NCBI GenBank assembly: GCA_965214705.1
Contig: CBDCCI010000002.1
Location: 1,184,001-1,248,000 of the forward strand
Length of the DNA stretch: 64,000 nucleotides
Source of the DNA: Alphaproteobacteria bacterium
Lineage (GTDB): Bacteria > Pseudomonadota > Alphaproteobacteria > UBA828
Direction of reading: 5' to 3'
Position numbers and translations under genes: made by a program. The notes below the pieces were generated by a model that ran no database searches, was not told the origin of the DNA, and worked only from the letters and a program-made list of their open reading frames with translations. This document shows, piece after piece, positions 47,558 through 55,890 of this stretch; the first letter of the stretch is position 1; the number at the start of each line of letters is the position of its first letter.

Positions 47558-48698
47558 CGGCGGAGCCGGCGGAGGCGCCGAGTCCGTCCTCCTCACCCCC
47601 GGCCCGCTCACCACCCGGCCCGAGACCCGCGCGGCCATGGACCGCGACTGGGGCTCGCGCGATCCCGCGTTCATCGAACTGACCGCGCGCGTGCGCCGGC
47701 GCCTGCTCGCTCTCGCCAACGCGGGCGAGGCCTTCACCTGCGTGCCGATGCAGGGCAGCGGCACCTTCGCGGTGGAGGCCCAACTCGGCACCCTGGTCCC
47801 CCGCGACGGCCATCTGCTGATCCTCGTCAACGGCGCCTACGGCCGGCGCATGGCCGAGATTTGCCGCCGCGCGGGCCGCGCCCACAGCGTGCTGGAGACC
47901 GGCGAGACCGAGCCGCCCCGGAGGGCGGCGGCGCTCGCAGATCGCCTTGAGGCCGAGCCCGATATCACCGATGTCGCCCTGGTCCACTGCGAGACCACCA
48001 CCGGCATCCTCAACCCGCTCGCCGAGCTTGCGACTGCCGTGAGCGAGGCCGGCCGCCGGCTGCACGTGGACGCCATGAGCTCTTTCGGCGGCATCCCCAT
48101 CGACCTCGCGCGGCTCCCGGTCGCGAGCCTCGCCGCCTCCGCCAACAAGTGCCTCGAAGGCGCACCCGGCGTCGGCTTCGTCATCGCGCGCACGGACCAC
48201 CTCGCAAGTTGCGCCGACAACGCCCATGCCGTCAGCCTCGACCTGCACGGGCAATGGAAGGGGCTGGAGGCCAACGGCCAATGGCGTTTCACGCCGCCTA
48301 CCCACGTGCTCGCCGCGCTGGACCGGGCGCTGGATGCGCTCGACGACGAGGGTGGCGTCGCCGGCCGCTTCGCCCGCTACTGGGAGAACTGCCGCACCCT
48401 GGTGGACGGGATGCGCGGCCTCGGCTTCGAGACGCTGCTGGAGGACGCCGTGCAGGCGCCCATCATCGTGACCTTCCGCGCACCGGACGATCCCGCGTGG
48501 AATTTCCAGGCGTTCTACGACCGCCTCGCGGCACGGGGCTTCGTGATCTACCCCGGCAAGCTCGCGCAGGTGGAGAGCTTCCGCGTGGGCTGCATAGGCG
48601 CCTTCCGGGCCGACACCATGGCCCGCTTCGTCGAGGCCACCGGGGCCGTGCTGGGCGAGCTGGGTGTCGATATCGAGGCAGCGTCCGGCAAACGCTAG
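47529..48698 (+). CDS. phnW: 2-aminoethylphosphonate--pyruvate transaminase
   Basis: LLTPGPLTT, DWGSRD, QGSGTFAVE, NGAYG.R, HCETTTG.LN, DAMSSFG, SANKCLEG.PG, QWRFTPPTH, IYPGKL. Confidence 0.92.
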   Translation: MPYVPPPPADGGAGGGAESVLLTPGPLTTRPETRAAMDRDWGSRDPAFIELTARVRRRLLALANAGEAFTCVPMQGSGTFAVEAQLGTLVPRDGHLLILVNGAYGRRMAEICRRAGRAHSVLETGETEPPRRAAALADRLEAEPDITDVALVHCETTTGILNPLAELATAVSEAGRRLHVDAMSSFGGIPIDLARLPVASLAASANKCLEGAPGVGFVIARTDHLASCADNAHAVSLDLHGQWKGLEANGQWRFTPPTHVLAALDRALDALDDEGGVAGRFARYWENCRTLVDGMRGLGFETLLEDAVQAPIIVTFRAPDDPAWNFQAFYDRLAARGFVIYPGKLAQVESFRVGCIGAFRADTMARFVEATGAVLGELGVDIEAASGKR

Positions 48699-48781
48699 GT
48701 GCAGTCCGTCGCACCGGCTTCCACCTGAAAACACATCCGTGTAGAACGCCCGCACCCGGCGGTCGGGAAACGGGCAAACCG

Positions 48782-51700
48782 ATGAGCGGCTTCGAACGAG
48801 TACTGGTGGCGAACCGGGGCGAGATCGCCATTCGCGTCCTGCGCGCCGCCTACGAGATGGGCAAGGCCACGGTCGCGGTCTACGCGGAGGAAGACCACCT
48901 CTCGCTCCACCGCTTCAAGGCCGACCGGTCCTATCGCATCGGCGAGAATCGCGGGCCCGTCACCGCCTACCTGGCGGTGGACGACATCATCCGCGTCGCG
49001 GTCGAGACTCGCAGCGATGCCATCCACCCCGGCTACGGCTTCCTCTCGGAATCGCCCGAGTTCGCGGAGGCCTGCGCCGAGGCGGAGATCGCCTTCATCG
49101 GGCCGAAGCCGGAGACGCTGCGCCTGCTCGGCGACAAGGTCTCCGCGCGCGCCATCGCTGCGCGCGCTGGGGTGCCCACGGTGCCCGCGACCGACGCGCT
49201 GCCTGTGGAGCCTGCGGCGGCGCTCGCGCTGGCAAGAGACGTGGGATTCCCCGGGATACTCAAGGCCAGCTGGGGCGGCGGCGGGCGCGGCATGCGCACG
49301 GTCGAGGCCGAGGACGAGTTCGAGGCCGCCCTGCTCGCGGCAAGGCGCGAGGCGGACGCCGCCTTCGGCAAGGACGACGTCTACTTCGAGCGCTTCATCC
49401 GCCGGGCCCGGCACCTGGAGGTCCAGATCCTGGCCGATGGTCACGGCCGGATCGTCCACCTCTTCGAGCGCGACTGTTCCGTGCAGCGGCGCAACCAGAA
49501 GATCGTGGAGTGTGCGCCGGCCCCCGGCCTTACGGCCGCGCAGCGGGACGAGCTCACCGGCCATGCGCTCGCCATCGCCCGCACCGCCGACTACCTCAAC
49601 GCGGGCACGGTGGAGTTCCTGCACGACCTCGACACCGACCGTTTTCACTTCATCGAGGTCAATCCGCGCATCCAGGTCGAGCACACCGTCACCGAGCAGG
49701 TGACCGGCGTCGACCTGGCACGGGCCCAGATCCGCGTCGCCGAAGGCGGCGCCATCGGCAGCGCGCCGGAGGACGCCTGCCCGCCGCAGGACGAGATCGC
49801 GCTGCGCGGCCACGCCGTGCAGTGCCGGATCACCACCGAAGACCCGCTCGACCGTTTCATTCCCGACTACGGGCGCATCACCGCCTACCGCGCCGCCACC
49901 GGCTTCGGCATCCGCCTCGATGGCGGCACCGCGTACACCGGCGCGGTCATCACCCGCCACTACGATTCGCTCCTGGAGAAGGTCACCGCGTGGGCGTCTT
50001 CGCGCGAGGGCGCGATCGACCGCATGCGCCGCGCGCTGCAGGAGTTCCGCATCCGCGGCGTCGCCACCAACATCGACTTTCTGGAACGCCTGGTCGGCGA
50101 CGAGGCCTTTCGGCAAGGCCAGGTGACCACCCGCTTCATCGACGACAACCCCGAGCTGCTCACCTTCGCCCGCCCGCGCGACCGCGCAAGCCGCCTGCTG
50201 CGCTACATCGCCGAGACCACGGTCAACGGCCACCCGGAGGTGAAGAACCGGCCTGCGCCGCCGGCCCACGCCCGCAACCCGAGCCCGCCGCCGCTCCATG
50301 CGAAGGAGCCCGCAGCCGGCGCGAAGGCGCTGCTCGATGCCGAGGGTCCGGACGCGGTCGCGGCCTGGATGCTCGCGCAGGAGCGCACGCTAGTCACCGA
50401 CACCACCATGCGGGACGCGCATCAGTCGCTGCTCGCGACCCGGATGCGCACCTACGATCTCTGTCAGATCGCCGACGCCTACGCCTACAACCTGCCGCAG
50501 CTCTTCTCGCTCGAGTGCTGGGGCGGCGCCACCTTCGACGTGGCGCTGCGCTTCCTCAACGAGTGCCCGTGGGAGCGCCTGGAGCGCCTGAGGTCGCGTG
50601 TTCCGAACATCCTGCTGCAGATGCTGCTGCGCGCGTCCAACGGCGTGGGCTACACCAACTACCCGGACAACGTGGTGCGGGGCTTCGTCGCCCGCGCCGC
50701 GGCTTCGGGCATCGACGTTTTCCGCATCTTCGATCCGCTGAACTCGGTCGAGAACATGCGCGTCGCGGTGGATGCGGTGCTGGAGACCGGCCGGCTCTGC
50801 GAGGCGGCGATCTGCTACACCGGCGACCTCCACGACGAGAGCCGCAGCCGCTACGACATCGCGTACTACCGCTGCATGGCCCGCGAGCTGCGCGATGCCG
50901 GCACCCACATCCTCGGCATCAAGGACATGGCGGGGCTGGTCAAGCCCGCCGCCGCGCGCGAGCTGGTCCATGCGTTGAAGGAGGAGACCGGGCTTCCCGT
51001 CCACTTCCACACCCACGACACCTCCGGCATCGCCGCCGCCAGCGTGTTGACCGCGGTGGAGGCGGGCGTCGATGCGGTGGATCTCGCCATGGACAGCCTC
51101 TCCGGCTTCACTTCCCAGCCCTGCCTCGGCTCGGTGGTGGAGGCGCTGCGCGGCCAGCCGCGCGAGACCGGCCTCGACCCCGCTCACGTGCGCGAGATAT
51201 CCGACTACTGGGAGGTGGTGCGCGCGCAGTACGCCGCGTTCGAGACCGACATGCGGGCGCCGGCGTCGGAGGTCTACCTGCACGAGATGCCGGGCGGGCA
51301 GTTCACCAACCTGCGCGAGCAGGCGCGCGCCCTCGGCCTCGCCGAGCGCTGGCACGAGGTGGCCGAGGCCTACGCCGAGGTCAACCGGATGTTCGGCGAC
51401 ATCGTGAAGGTGACGCCCACCTCCAAGGTGGTGGGCGACATGGCGCTGGTGATGGTCTCGGGCGGCCTCACGCGGGCCGATGTCGAGGACCTGGACCGCG
51501 AGATCGCCTTCCCGGAATCGGTGGTCGGGCTCTTCCGGGGCGAGCTCGGCCGCATGCCGGGCGGCTTCCCCGAGCCGCTTTCGAGCAAGATCCTGAAGGG
51601 CGAGGCGCCCATCGAAGGGAGGCCCGGCGCCGTGCTCCCGCCCGCCGACCTGGAGGCCGAGCGCGCGCGGGCGGAGGAAGAGACCGGCTGGTCGCTCTTG

Positions 51701-52234
51701 GACGAGGACCTCTATTCCTGGCTCTTCTATCCCAAGGTGTTCACGGACTACGCGGCGCGCAACGAGCTTTACGGGCCGGTCTCCGCGCTGCCGACCGACG
51801 TCTACTTCTACGGCCTTGCGCCCAGGCGCGAGGTCTCGGTCGAGATCGAGCGCGGCCACACCCTGGTCATCCGCTGCCTCGCCGTCGGCGAGACCGACGA
51901 GGAAGGCGCGGTGCGCGTCTTCTTCGAGCTGAACGGCCAGCCGCGCACGGTCAAGGTGGAGAACCGCGAGGCCTCGGCGAGCGTGGTGCGCCGGCCCAAG
52001 GCCGATCCCGCCAACCCGCGCCACGTCTCGGCCCCGATGCCGGGCGTGGTGGCCTCGGTGGCGGTGGCGAGCGGGCGCCACGTCGTGGCTGGCGATCTGC
52101 TGATGACCGTCGAGGCCATGAAGATGGAGACCGCTCTCCATGCCGAGCGCGACGGCACCGTCGCCGCCCTACACGTGGCAGCCGGCCAGTCGGTCGAGGC
52201 CAAGGACCTCCTCCTCGAATACGCCGAGGCTTGA
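48782..52234 (+). CDS. pyc: Pyruvate carboxylase
   Basis: VANRGEIAIR, HPGYGFLSE, ERDCSVQRR, DTTMRDAHQSLLATR, IKDMAG, HFHTHDTSG, biotinylation EAMKME. Start MSGFE at 48782. Confidence 0.97.
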   Translation: MSGFERVLVANRGEIAIRVLRAAYEMGKATVAVYAEEDHLSLHRFKADRSYRIGENRGPVTAYLAVDDIIRVAVETRSDAIHPGYGFLSESPEFAEACAEAEIAFIGPKPETLRLLGDKVSARAIAARAGVPTVPATDALPVEPAAALALARDVGFPGILKASWGGGGRGMRTVEAEDEFEAALLAARREADAAFGKDDVYFERFIRRARHLEVQILADGHGRIVHLFERDCSVQRRNQKIVECAPAPGLTAAQRDELTGHALAIARTADYLNAGTVEFLHDLDTDRFHFIEVNPRIQVEHTVTEQVTGVDLARAQIRVAEGGAIGSAPEDACPPQDEIALRGHAVQCRITTEDPLDRFIPDYGRITAYRAATGFGIRLDGGTAYTGAVITRHYDSLLEKVTAWASSREGAIDRMRRALQEFRIRGVATNIDFLERLVGDEAFRQGQVTTRFIDDNPELLTFARPRDRASRLLRYIAETTVNGHPEVKNRPAPPAHARNPSPPPLHAKEPAAGAKALLDAEGPDAVAAWMLAQERTLVTDTTMRDAHQSLLATRMRTYDLCQIADAYAYNLPQLFSLECWGGATFDVALRFLNECPWERLERLRSRVPNILLQMLLRASNGVGYTNYPDNVVRGFVARAAASGIDVFRIFDPLNSVENMRVAVDAVLETGRLCEAAICYTGDLHDESRSRYDIAYYRCMARELRDAGTHILGIKDMAGLVKPAAARELVHALKEETGLPVHFHTHDTSGIAAASVLTAVEAGVDAVDLAMDSLSGFTSQPCLGSVVEALRGQPRETGLDPAHVREISDYWEVVRAQYAAFETDMRAPASEVYLHEMPGGQFTNLREQARALGLAERWHEVAEAYAEVNRMFGDIVKVTPTSKVVGDMALVMVSGGLTRADVEDLDREIAFPESVVGLFRGELGRMPGGFPEPLSSKILKGEAPIEGRPGAVLPPADLEAERARAEEETGWSLLDEDLYSWLFYPKVFTDYAARNELYGPVSALPTDVYFYGLAPRREVSVEIERGHTLVIRCLAVGETDEEGAVRVFFELNGQPRTVKVENREASASVVRRPKADPANPRHVSAPMPGVVASVAVASGRHVVAGDLLMTVEAMKMETALHAERDGTVAALHVAAGQSVEAKDLLLEYAEA

Positions 52235-52236
52235 GC
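52154..52236 (+). repeat. pyc 3' end, copy A of an 83-bp imperfect direct repeat
   Basis: Aligns without gaps to 52879..52961 (11 mismatches by manual count). Confidence 0.85.
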
Positions 52237-52256
52237 TTGGGCCTCCGTCGTTCCGC

Positions 52257-52286
52257 TTGACGTATCTCAATTGAGATGCATATTGT
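52257..52286 (+). promoter_or_regulatory. Toxin-antitoxin promoter with palindromic operator
   Basis: TTGACG (-35, 52257) and TATTGT (-10, 52281) bracket the perfect palindrome ATCTCAATTGAGAT (52264-52277). Confidence 0.75.
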
Positions 52287-52308
52287 TGGTAACGACGTAG
52301 GATGTCCC

Positions 52309-52608
52309 ATGCCAGCTCAGACTTCGATGCTCCATGTCCGTGTGGACGATCAGCTCAAGGCGAAAGCGGCCGACACGCTGGCCGGCGTTGGCCTGACACT
52401 CTCCGATGCCGTGCGCATCCTGTTGACCCGTGTTGCTGCGGAGGGCGGTTTGCCGGTGGGCCTGACCGCCGATCCTGAAGCCTATGATGCGTGGTTCCGC
52501 GCCAAGGTACGGGAAGCCCTGGACGATCCGCGTCCCGCGGTTCCGCATGAACAAGTTATGACCGGCACGCAGGCGCTCATTGACGGGAAGCGCCGTGCGC
52601 GAACTTGA
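52309..52608 (+). CDS. RelB/DinJ family antitoxin
   Basis: RVD..LK..A...L...GLTLSDAVRILL...A.EG.LP, YDAWFRAKV..AL.D.RP..PHE.V. Confidence 0.9.
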   Translation: MPAQTSMLHVRVDDQLKAKAADTLAGVGLTLSDAVRILLTRVAAEGGLPVGLTADPEAYDAWFRAKVREALDDPRPAVPHEQVMTGTQALIDGKRRART

Positions 52609-52876
52609 ATGGAAGGCGATGGCGGTCGCCGATCTGATGGCGATCGTTGACTACATCTCGGACGATAATCCAGACGCTGCTCAGGCCTTGAAGGAAGACA
52701 TCGAGGCCAAGACATCCCGCTTGCGGGAGAACCCACGGCTCTACAGGACCGGTCGCGTGGCGGGCACTCGCGAGATGGTTGTGCGCTCGAACTACCTCGT
52801 GGTCTATGCGGAGGACGCCCACACTGTCACGATCCTCCGCGTACTGCACGCAGCCCAACAATGGCCTCAGGCATGA
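52595..52876 (+). CDS. RelE/ParE family toxin
   Basis: LEW...A..DL..I.DYI..DNP.AA, GRVAGTRE.V, Y.VVY, ILRVLH..QQWP; overlaps the antitoxin stop. Confidence 0.9.
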   Translation: MRELEWKAMAVADLMAIVDYISDDNPDAAQALKEDIEAKTSRLRENPRLYRTGRVAGTREMVVRSNYLVVYAEDAHTVTILRVLHAAQQWPQA

Positions 52877-52878
52877 AG

Positions 52879-52961
52879 GGGACCATCGCGGCCCTGCACG
52901 TGGCGGCCAGCCAATCGGTCGAGGCCAAGGACCTCTTCCTCGAACACGCCGAGTCCTGAGC
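52879..52961 (+). repeat. Diverged duplicate of the pyc 3' end (att-like scar), copy B
   Basis: Encodes GTIAALHVAASQSVEAKDLFLEHAES* versus pyc GTVAALHVAAGQSVEAKDLLLEYAEA*. Confidence 0.85.
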
Positions 52962-52979
52962 GCCCCTGACGCTATCTAC

Positions 52980-54218
52980 TCACATCGTCCTCGTTGCCGG
53001 GGGTGCCCCCTCCCATTCCCCGCCATAGGTACGTTCGATGTGGGATCGGGTGGGACGCAGGCCGCTGGTGCTGGCGATGACCGCCTCGCGGCGGGCACGG
53101 GCGTCGAGGTCTTCCGGCGGTGACGCGTCGCGCCGGATGCGGGGCGTCGCCGCGCCCGGAAAGTTCCAAGCGGTGAGCCAGCGGGCGATGGACCCGTTCA
53201 ACGCGTCGTCGAGCAGGCGGCAGTCGGCGGCGACGGTCTCGTCGCGCACGTCGCGCTGCACTTCGGCGGTGCCGCGCCAGGGCCCCATGTCGGTGGTGGC
53301 GGACTGTCCCAGGATCGTGGTCGCGATGGCACGGTCGAGGTAGGCGACGAAGGCCTGGAAATCGCCGCCGGCACGACGCGCGCTCTCGACGATCTCGATC
53401 TCCTGGCCCTCGGGCAGGATGACGCCGAGGCTGGTGGCGAAGGATTGGACCAAGTCCAGGAGGTCGGCCTTTTGCTCGGCGCTCGCGTTCCTCGGATAGG
53501 TGCCCTTGACGCCGGGCGCGCCGAACTTTTCGAGCGCGACGGACCAGAACTTGAGCCCGTGGCGCTTGAGCCAGACCGGCCAGAAGCACCAGCGCGCGAG
53601 GCCCGGCCCGTGGGGCAGGTCGCCGTGCTCGCCGGGGCGGCGCAGGATCGCGAATTTTGCGTCCGGCAGCGGCTCGCCCAGCGGATGCGCGTCGGTGCGG
53701 AGCAAAGGCGCGCCCTCCGCCGACCAGCGGAAGCGGTCGGGCGCGCGCACCATGAGGTGGTCGAGCACCACCCGATCGCCAGCGCGGGCCCAGAGCGCCT
53801 CGGCGATGGCGTAGCCGTACCAGACCCCGTGCAGGAGCTGGCGGCTGACGGCATCGAAGCCGACGCCTTCGAGCTGACGGGCGAGGTCGTCGGTCGCGGC
53901 GCGATCGTTTGGCCCGTCGCCGCCGGGCTCGACCGTCCAGGGCCGCGCGATGGCGGCATCGAGGCGCTGGTCGAGAGCCGCCTGGCAGCGCTCGTCCCGC
54001 AGGATGTCGCGATAGATGCGGAGCGCATGCCCCTCGTCGCGGTAGCGCTCGGCGTAGCGCGAGGGCTGACGCGGGTTGAGCGGCAACTCACCGATATAGG
54101 GCTGGAGGCGGCCGGCGATGCTGGCGGCGGCGACCTCGCCGTAGGGTGGCCCCGCCGGCACGCTGGCGCGGGAGGGAGGGAGAAGCCGGCGGAGCCGGGC
54201 CGCGAGGGCCGCCGCCAT
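52980..54218 (-). CDS. Mu-like portal protein (gp29 / DUF935 family)
   Basis: Y.D.L.D......L.QR, L.G..YGY...E..W, P.G.GL....FWP...K.....FW...LEKFG.P, G..LPEG.EIE, ILGQ..TT, AEVQ..VR, L...NFP. Confidence 0.85.
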   Translation of the reverse strand: MAAALAARLRRLLPPSRASVPAGPPYGEVAAASIAGRLQPYIGELPLNPRQPSRYAERYRDEGHALRIYRDILRDERCQAALDQRLDAAIARPWTVEPGGDGPNDRAATDDLARQLEGVGFDAVSRQLLHGVWYGYAIAEALWARAGDRVVLDHLMVRAPDRFRWSAEGAPLLRTDAHPLGEPLPDAKFAILRRPGEHGDLPHGPGLARWCFWPVWLKRHGLKFWSVALEKFGAPGVKGTYPRNASAEQKADLLDLVQSFATSLGVILPEGQEIEIVESARRAGGDFQAFVAYLDRAIATTILGQSATTDMGPWRGTAEVQRDVRDETVAADCRLLDDALNGSIARWLTAWNFPGAATPRIRRDASPPEDLDARARREAVIASTSGLRPTRSHIERTYGGEWEGAPPATRTM

Positions 54219-54268
54219 CAGACGAGGCTCCGGTTGGCTGGGAGAGACGCGGAGGATTGGGCGTTCGT

Positions 54269-54325
54269 CATGCCCCGATCATTGCGACCTCGGCGCACCC
54301 TGTGCACCGCACCATGGTGCGGGGC
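54269..54325 (-). promoter_or_regulatory. Putative activator-dependent leaderless promoter upstream of the portal gene
   Basis: Minus strand: GCCCCGCACCATGGTGCG..N..AATGAT-cggggc-ATG. Same layout and 57-nt length as 55731..55787. Confidence 0.6.
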
Positions 54326-54356
54326 CTCTTCGCGCGCCTCGGTCGCCTTCCGCCGA

Positions 54357-55733
54357 TCAGTAGAACCCCGCAAGCGAAGCAGCGCGCGGGCCGGCGCTGG
54401 CGCCTCCGGCGGACGCACTGCCGTCGCGGGCGGCGGTGCAGGCCAGGGCCAGCGCCCAGAATCGGTCGGCGTGGCCGTCGGTGCCCGAGCGTTCGGCAAG
54501 CAGCCGCGGCGCCCCGGTCGGCCCGGCCTCGGCGCGGACGGCATGGAGGTCGCGCCTAAGCTCCGCGTCGGGCGGGATGCGGAGGCGGCGATCCTCTACC
54601 GCCTCGCGCAGCGCCGTTGCCACATCGAGCCTGCGCGGACCGGACATCAGCACGCCCTCGACCACGGTCCGGCCCAGGTCTTCCTGCAGCTGCTCCACCA
54701 CGGCCTCGCCCATGCCGGTCTGGTCCACGGCGATGCGCACCGGCCGATAGCGCGCCGCAAGGTCGCCCACGATCGCCCGCTGCTGGCTGAAGGGGATGCC
54801 CTGGCGGACCGCCAGCTCGCGCAGCCAGAGCACGTCGCCCACCTGCTCGAGCACCGCTGCGACCCAGAGGTCACGCCGCCTCGCCACGTCCACGCCGACG
54901 GTGGCGGCTCCGCCGGCGAAGGCGGCGGGGTCGCCTGCGGTAGGGTCTTCGCAGGCGCGGATCGCCTCCCACGCGAGCCAGGCCCCGCCACCGGCGGCGG
55001 GGATGCAGTCGAGTTCTTCGCCCGAATGGCTGCCGTATTCGGCCCTGAGCGCGCCCTCCCATTCGGCCTCGGCGGCGGCCGACCAGGGGCGGCCCTGCCC
55101 CTCGACGATACGGCGAAAGAGACCCTGCGCCAGCGCCTCCTTGAGCGTGGTGCGGTGCAGCGAGCCCGGCCGCGCGCCCTCGTCGATCTCGCGGCAGAGC
55201 GTCGCGAAGGGGTTGGCCTCGCCGTTGTGGGTGCTGATGACGTGCGCCCGCCCACCCCAGACGCGGAAGGCGAGCGCCGCCTTCAGCACCTCACCGAGGT
55301 CGTCGACGAAGGCCGCCTCGTCGACGATGGCAAGATCGCCGGGCCGGCCCTTGGAGCGGAAGGCGCGCGGCGCCGAGGTCATGGCGAGGATTTCGTGGCC
55401 TGAGCCGAAGGCGATGCGGAAGGCCCGCACGGCACGCCCATCCTCGACCATCAAGGTCTCGCCGAGCGCGCCGGCCTTGTTCTGCAACCTCTCTGCCCAG
55501 CCGGCGCAGTCCTCGATGAAGCCCCGGGTCATCTCCAGGTTGTAAGCCTGGTAATAGACGTTGCCGCCCCCTTTCGAGCCCGCGTGTATTACCGCGTCGT
55601 AGGCCTCGGCCCAGGAGATGCCGATGCGTCGCGCCTTTTCGATCACCTTGAAACCTGCAGGGTCCGACACCCAGCGGGCCTGATAGGGGAGGAGGGAGAG
55701 GTGGAGCGATTCACCAGAAGCAGGGCCAACCAT
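54357..55733 (-). CDS. Mu-like terminase large subunit (gp28-like)
   Basis: LLPYQ..W, EKARRIGISW (Walker A variant), IVDEAAF (Walker B), ISTHNG..N.F; nuclease domain GVDVARRRDL, DQTGMG, GHAD.FWALALA. Confidence 0.9.
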   Translation of the reverse strand: MVGPASGESLHLSLLPYQARWVSDPAGFKVIEKARRIGISWAEAYDAVIHAGSKGGGNVYYQAYNLEMTRGFIEDCAGWAERLQNKAGALGETLMVEDGRAVRAFRIAFGSGHEILAMTSAPRAFRSKGRPGDLAIVDEAAFVDDLGEVLKAALAFRVWGGRAHVISTHNGEANPFATLCREIDEGARPGSLHRTTLKEALAQGLFRRIVEGQGRPWSAAAEAEWEGALRAEYGSHSGEELDCIPAAGGGAWLAWEAIRACEDPTAGDPAAFAGGAATVGVDVARRRDLWVAAVLEQVGDVLWLRELAVRQGIPFSQQRAIVGDLAARYRPVRIAVDQTGMGEAVVEQLQEDLGRTVVEGVLMSGPRRLDVATALREAVEDRRLRIPPDAELRRDLHAVRAEAGPTGAPRLLAERSGTDGHADRFWALALACTAARDGSASAGGASAGPRAASLAGFY

Positions 55734-55787
55734 GCCCGTACCATGACGGCACCCGGCGCCAACGGCCATCGCACCAAGGTGCGGGGC
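55731..55787 (-). promoter_or_regulatory. Putative activator-dependent leaderless promoter upstream of the terminase gene
   Basis: Minus strand: GCCCCGCACCTTGGTGCG..N..CATGGT-acgggc-ATG. 17/18 identity with the portal-upstream motif at identical distance from the ATG. Confidence 0.6.
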
Positions 55788-55890
55788 GCGCGATCGGGCG
55801 CGAGCTCCATCGCGCTGACTATGCGTTGAACGCAGCGCCGCTCCTATGGGACGATGGCAGCAACCACCAACGAATACCGGGAGATGACCG

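Noticed and set aside
52980-55787. Complete prophage
   Set aside because: Only terminase and portal are present, and flanking genes are a TA pair and host metabolic genes; no Mu transposase, capsid or tail genes.
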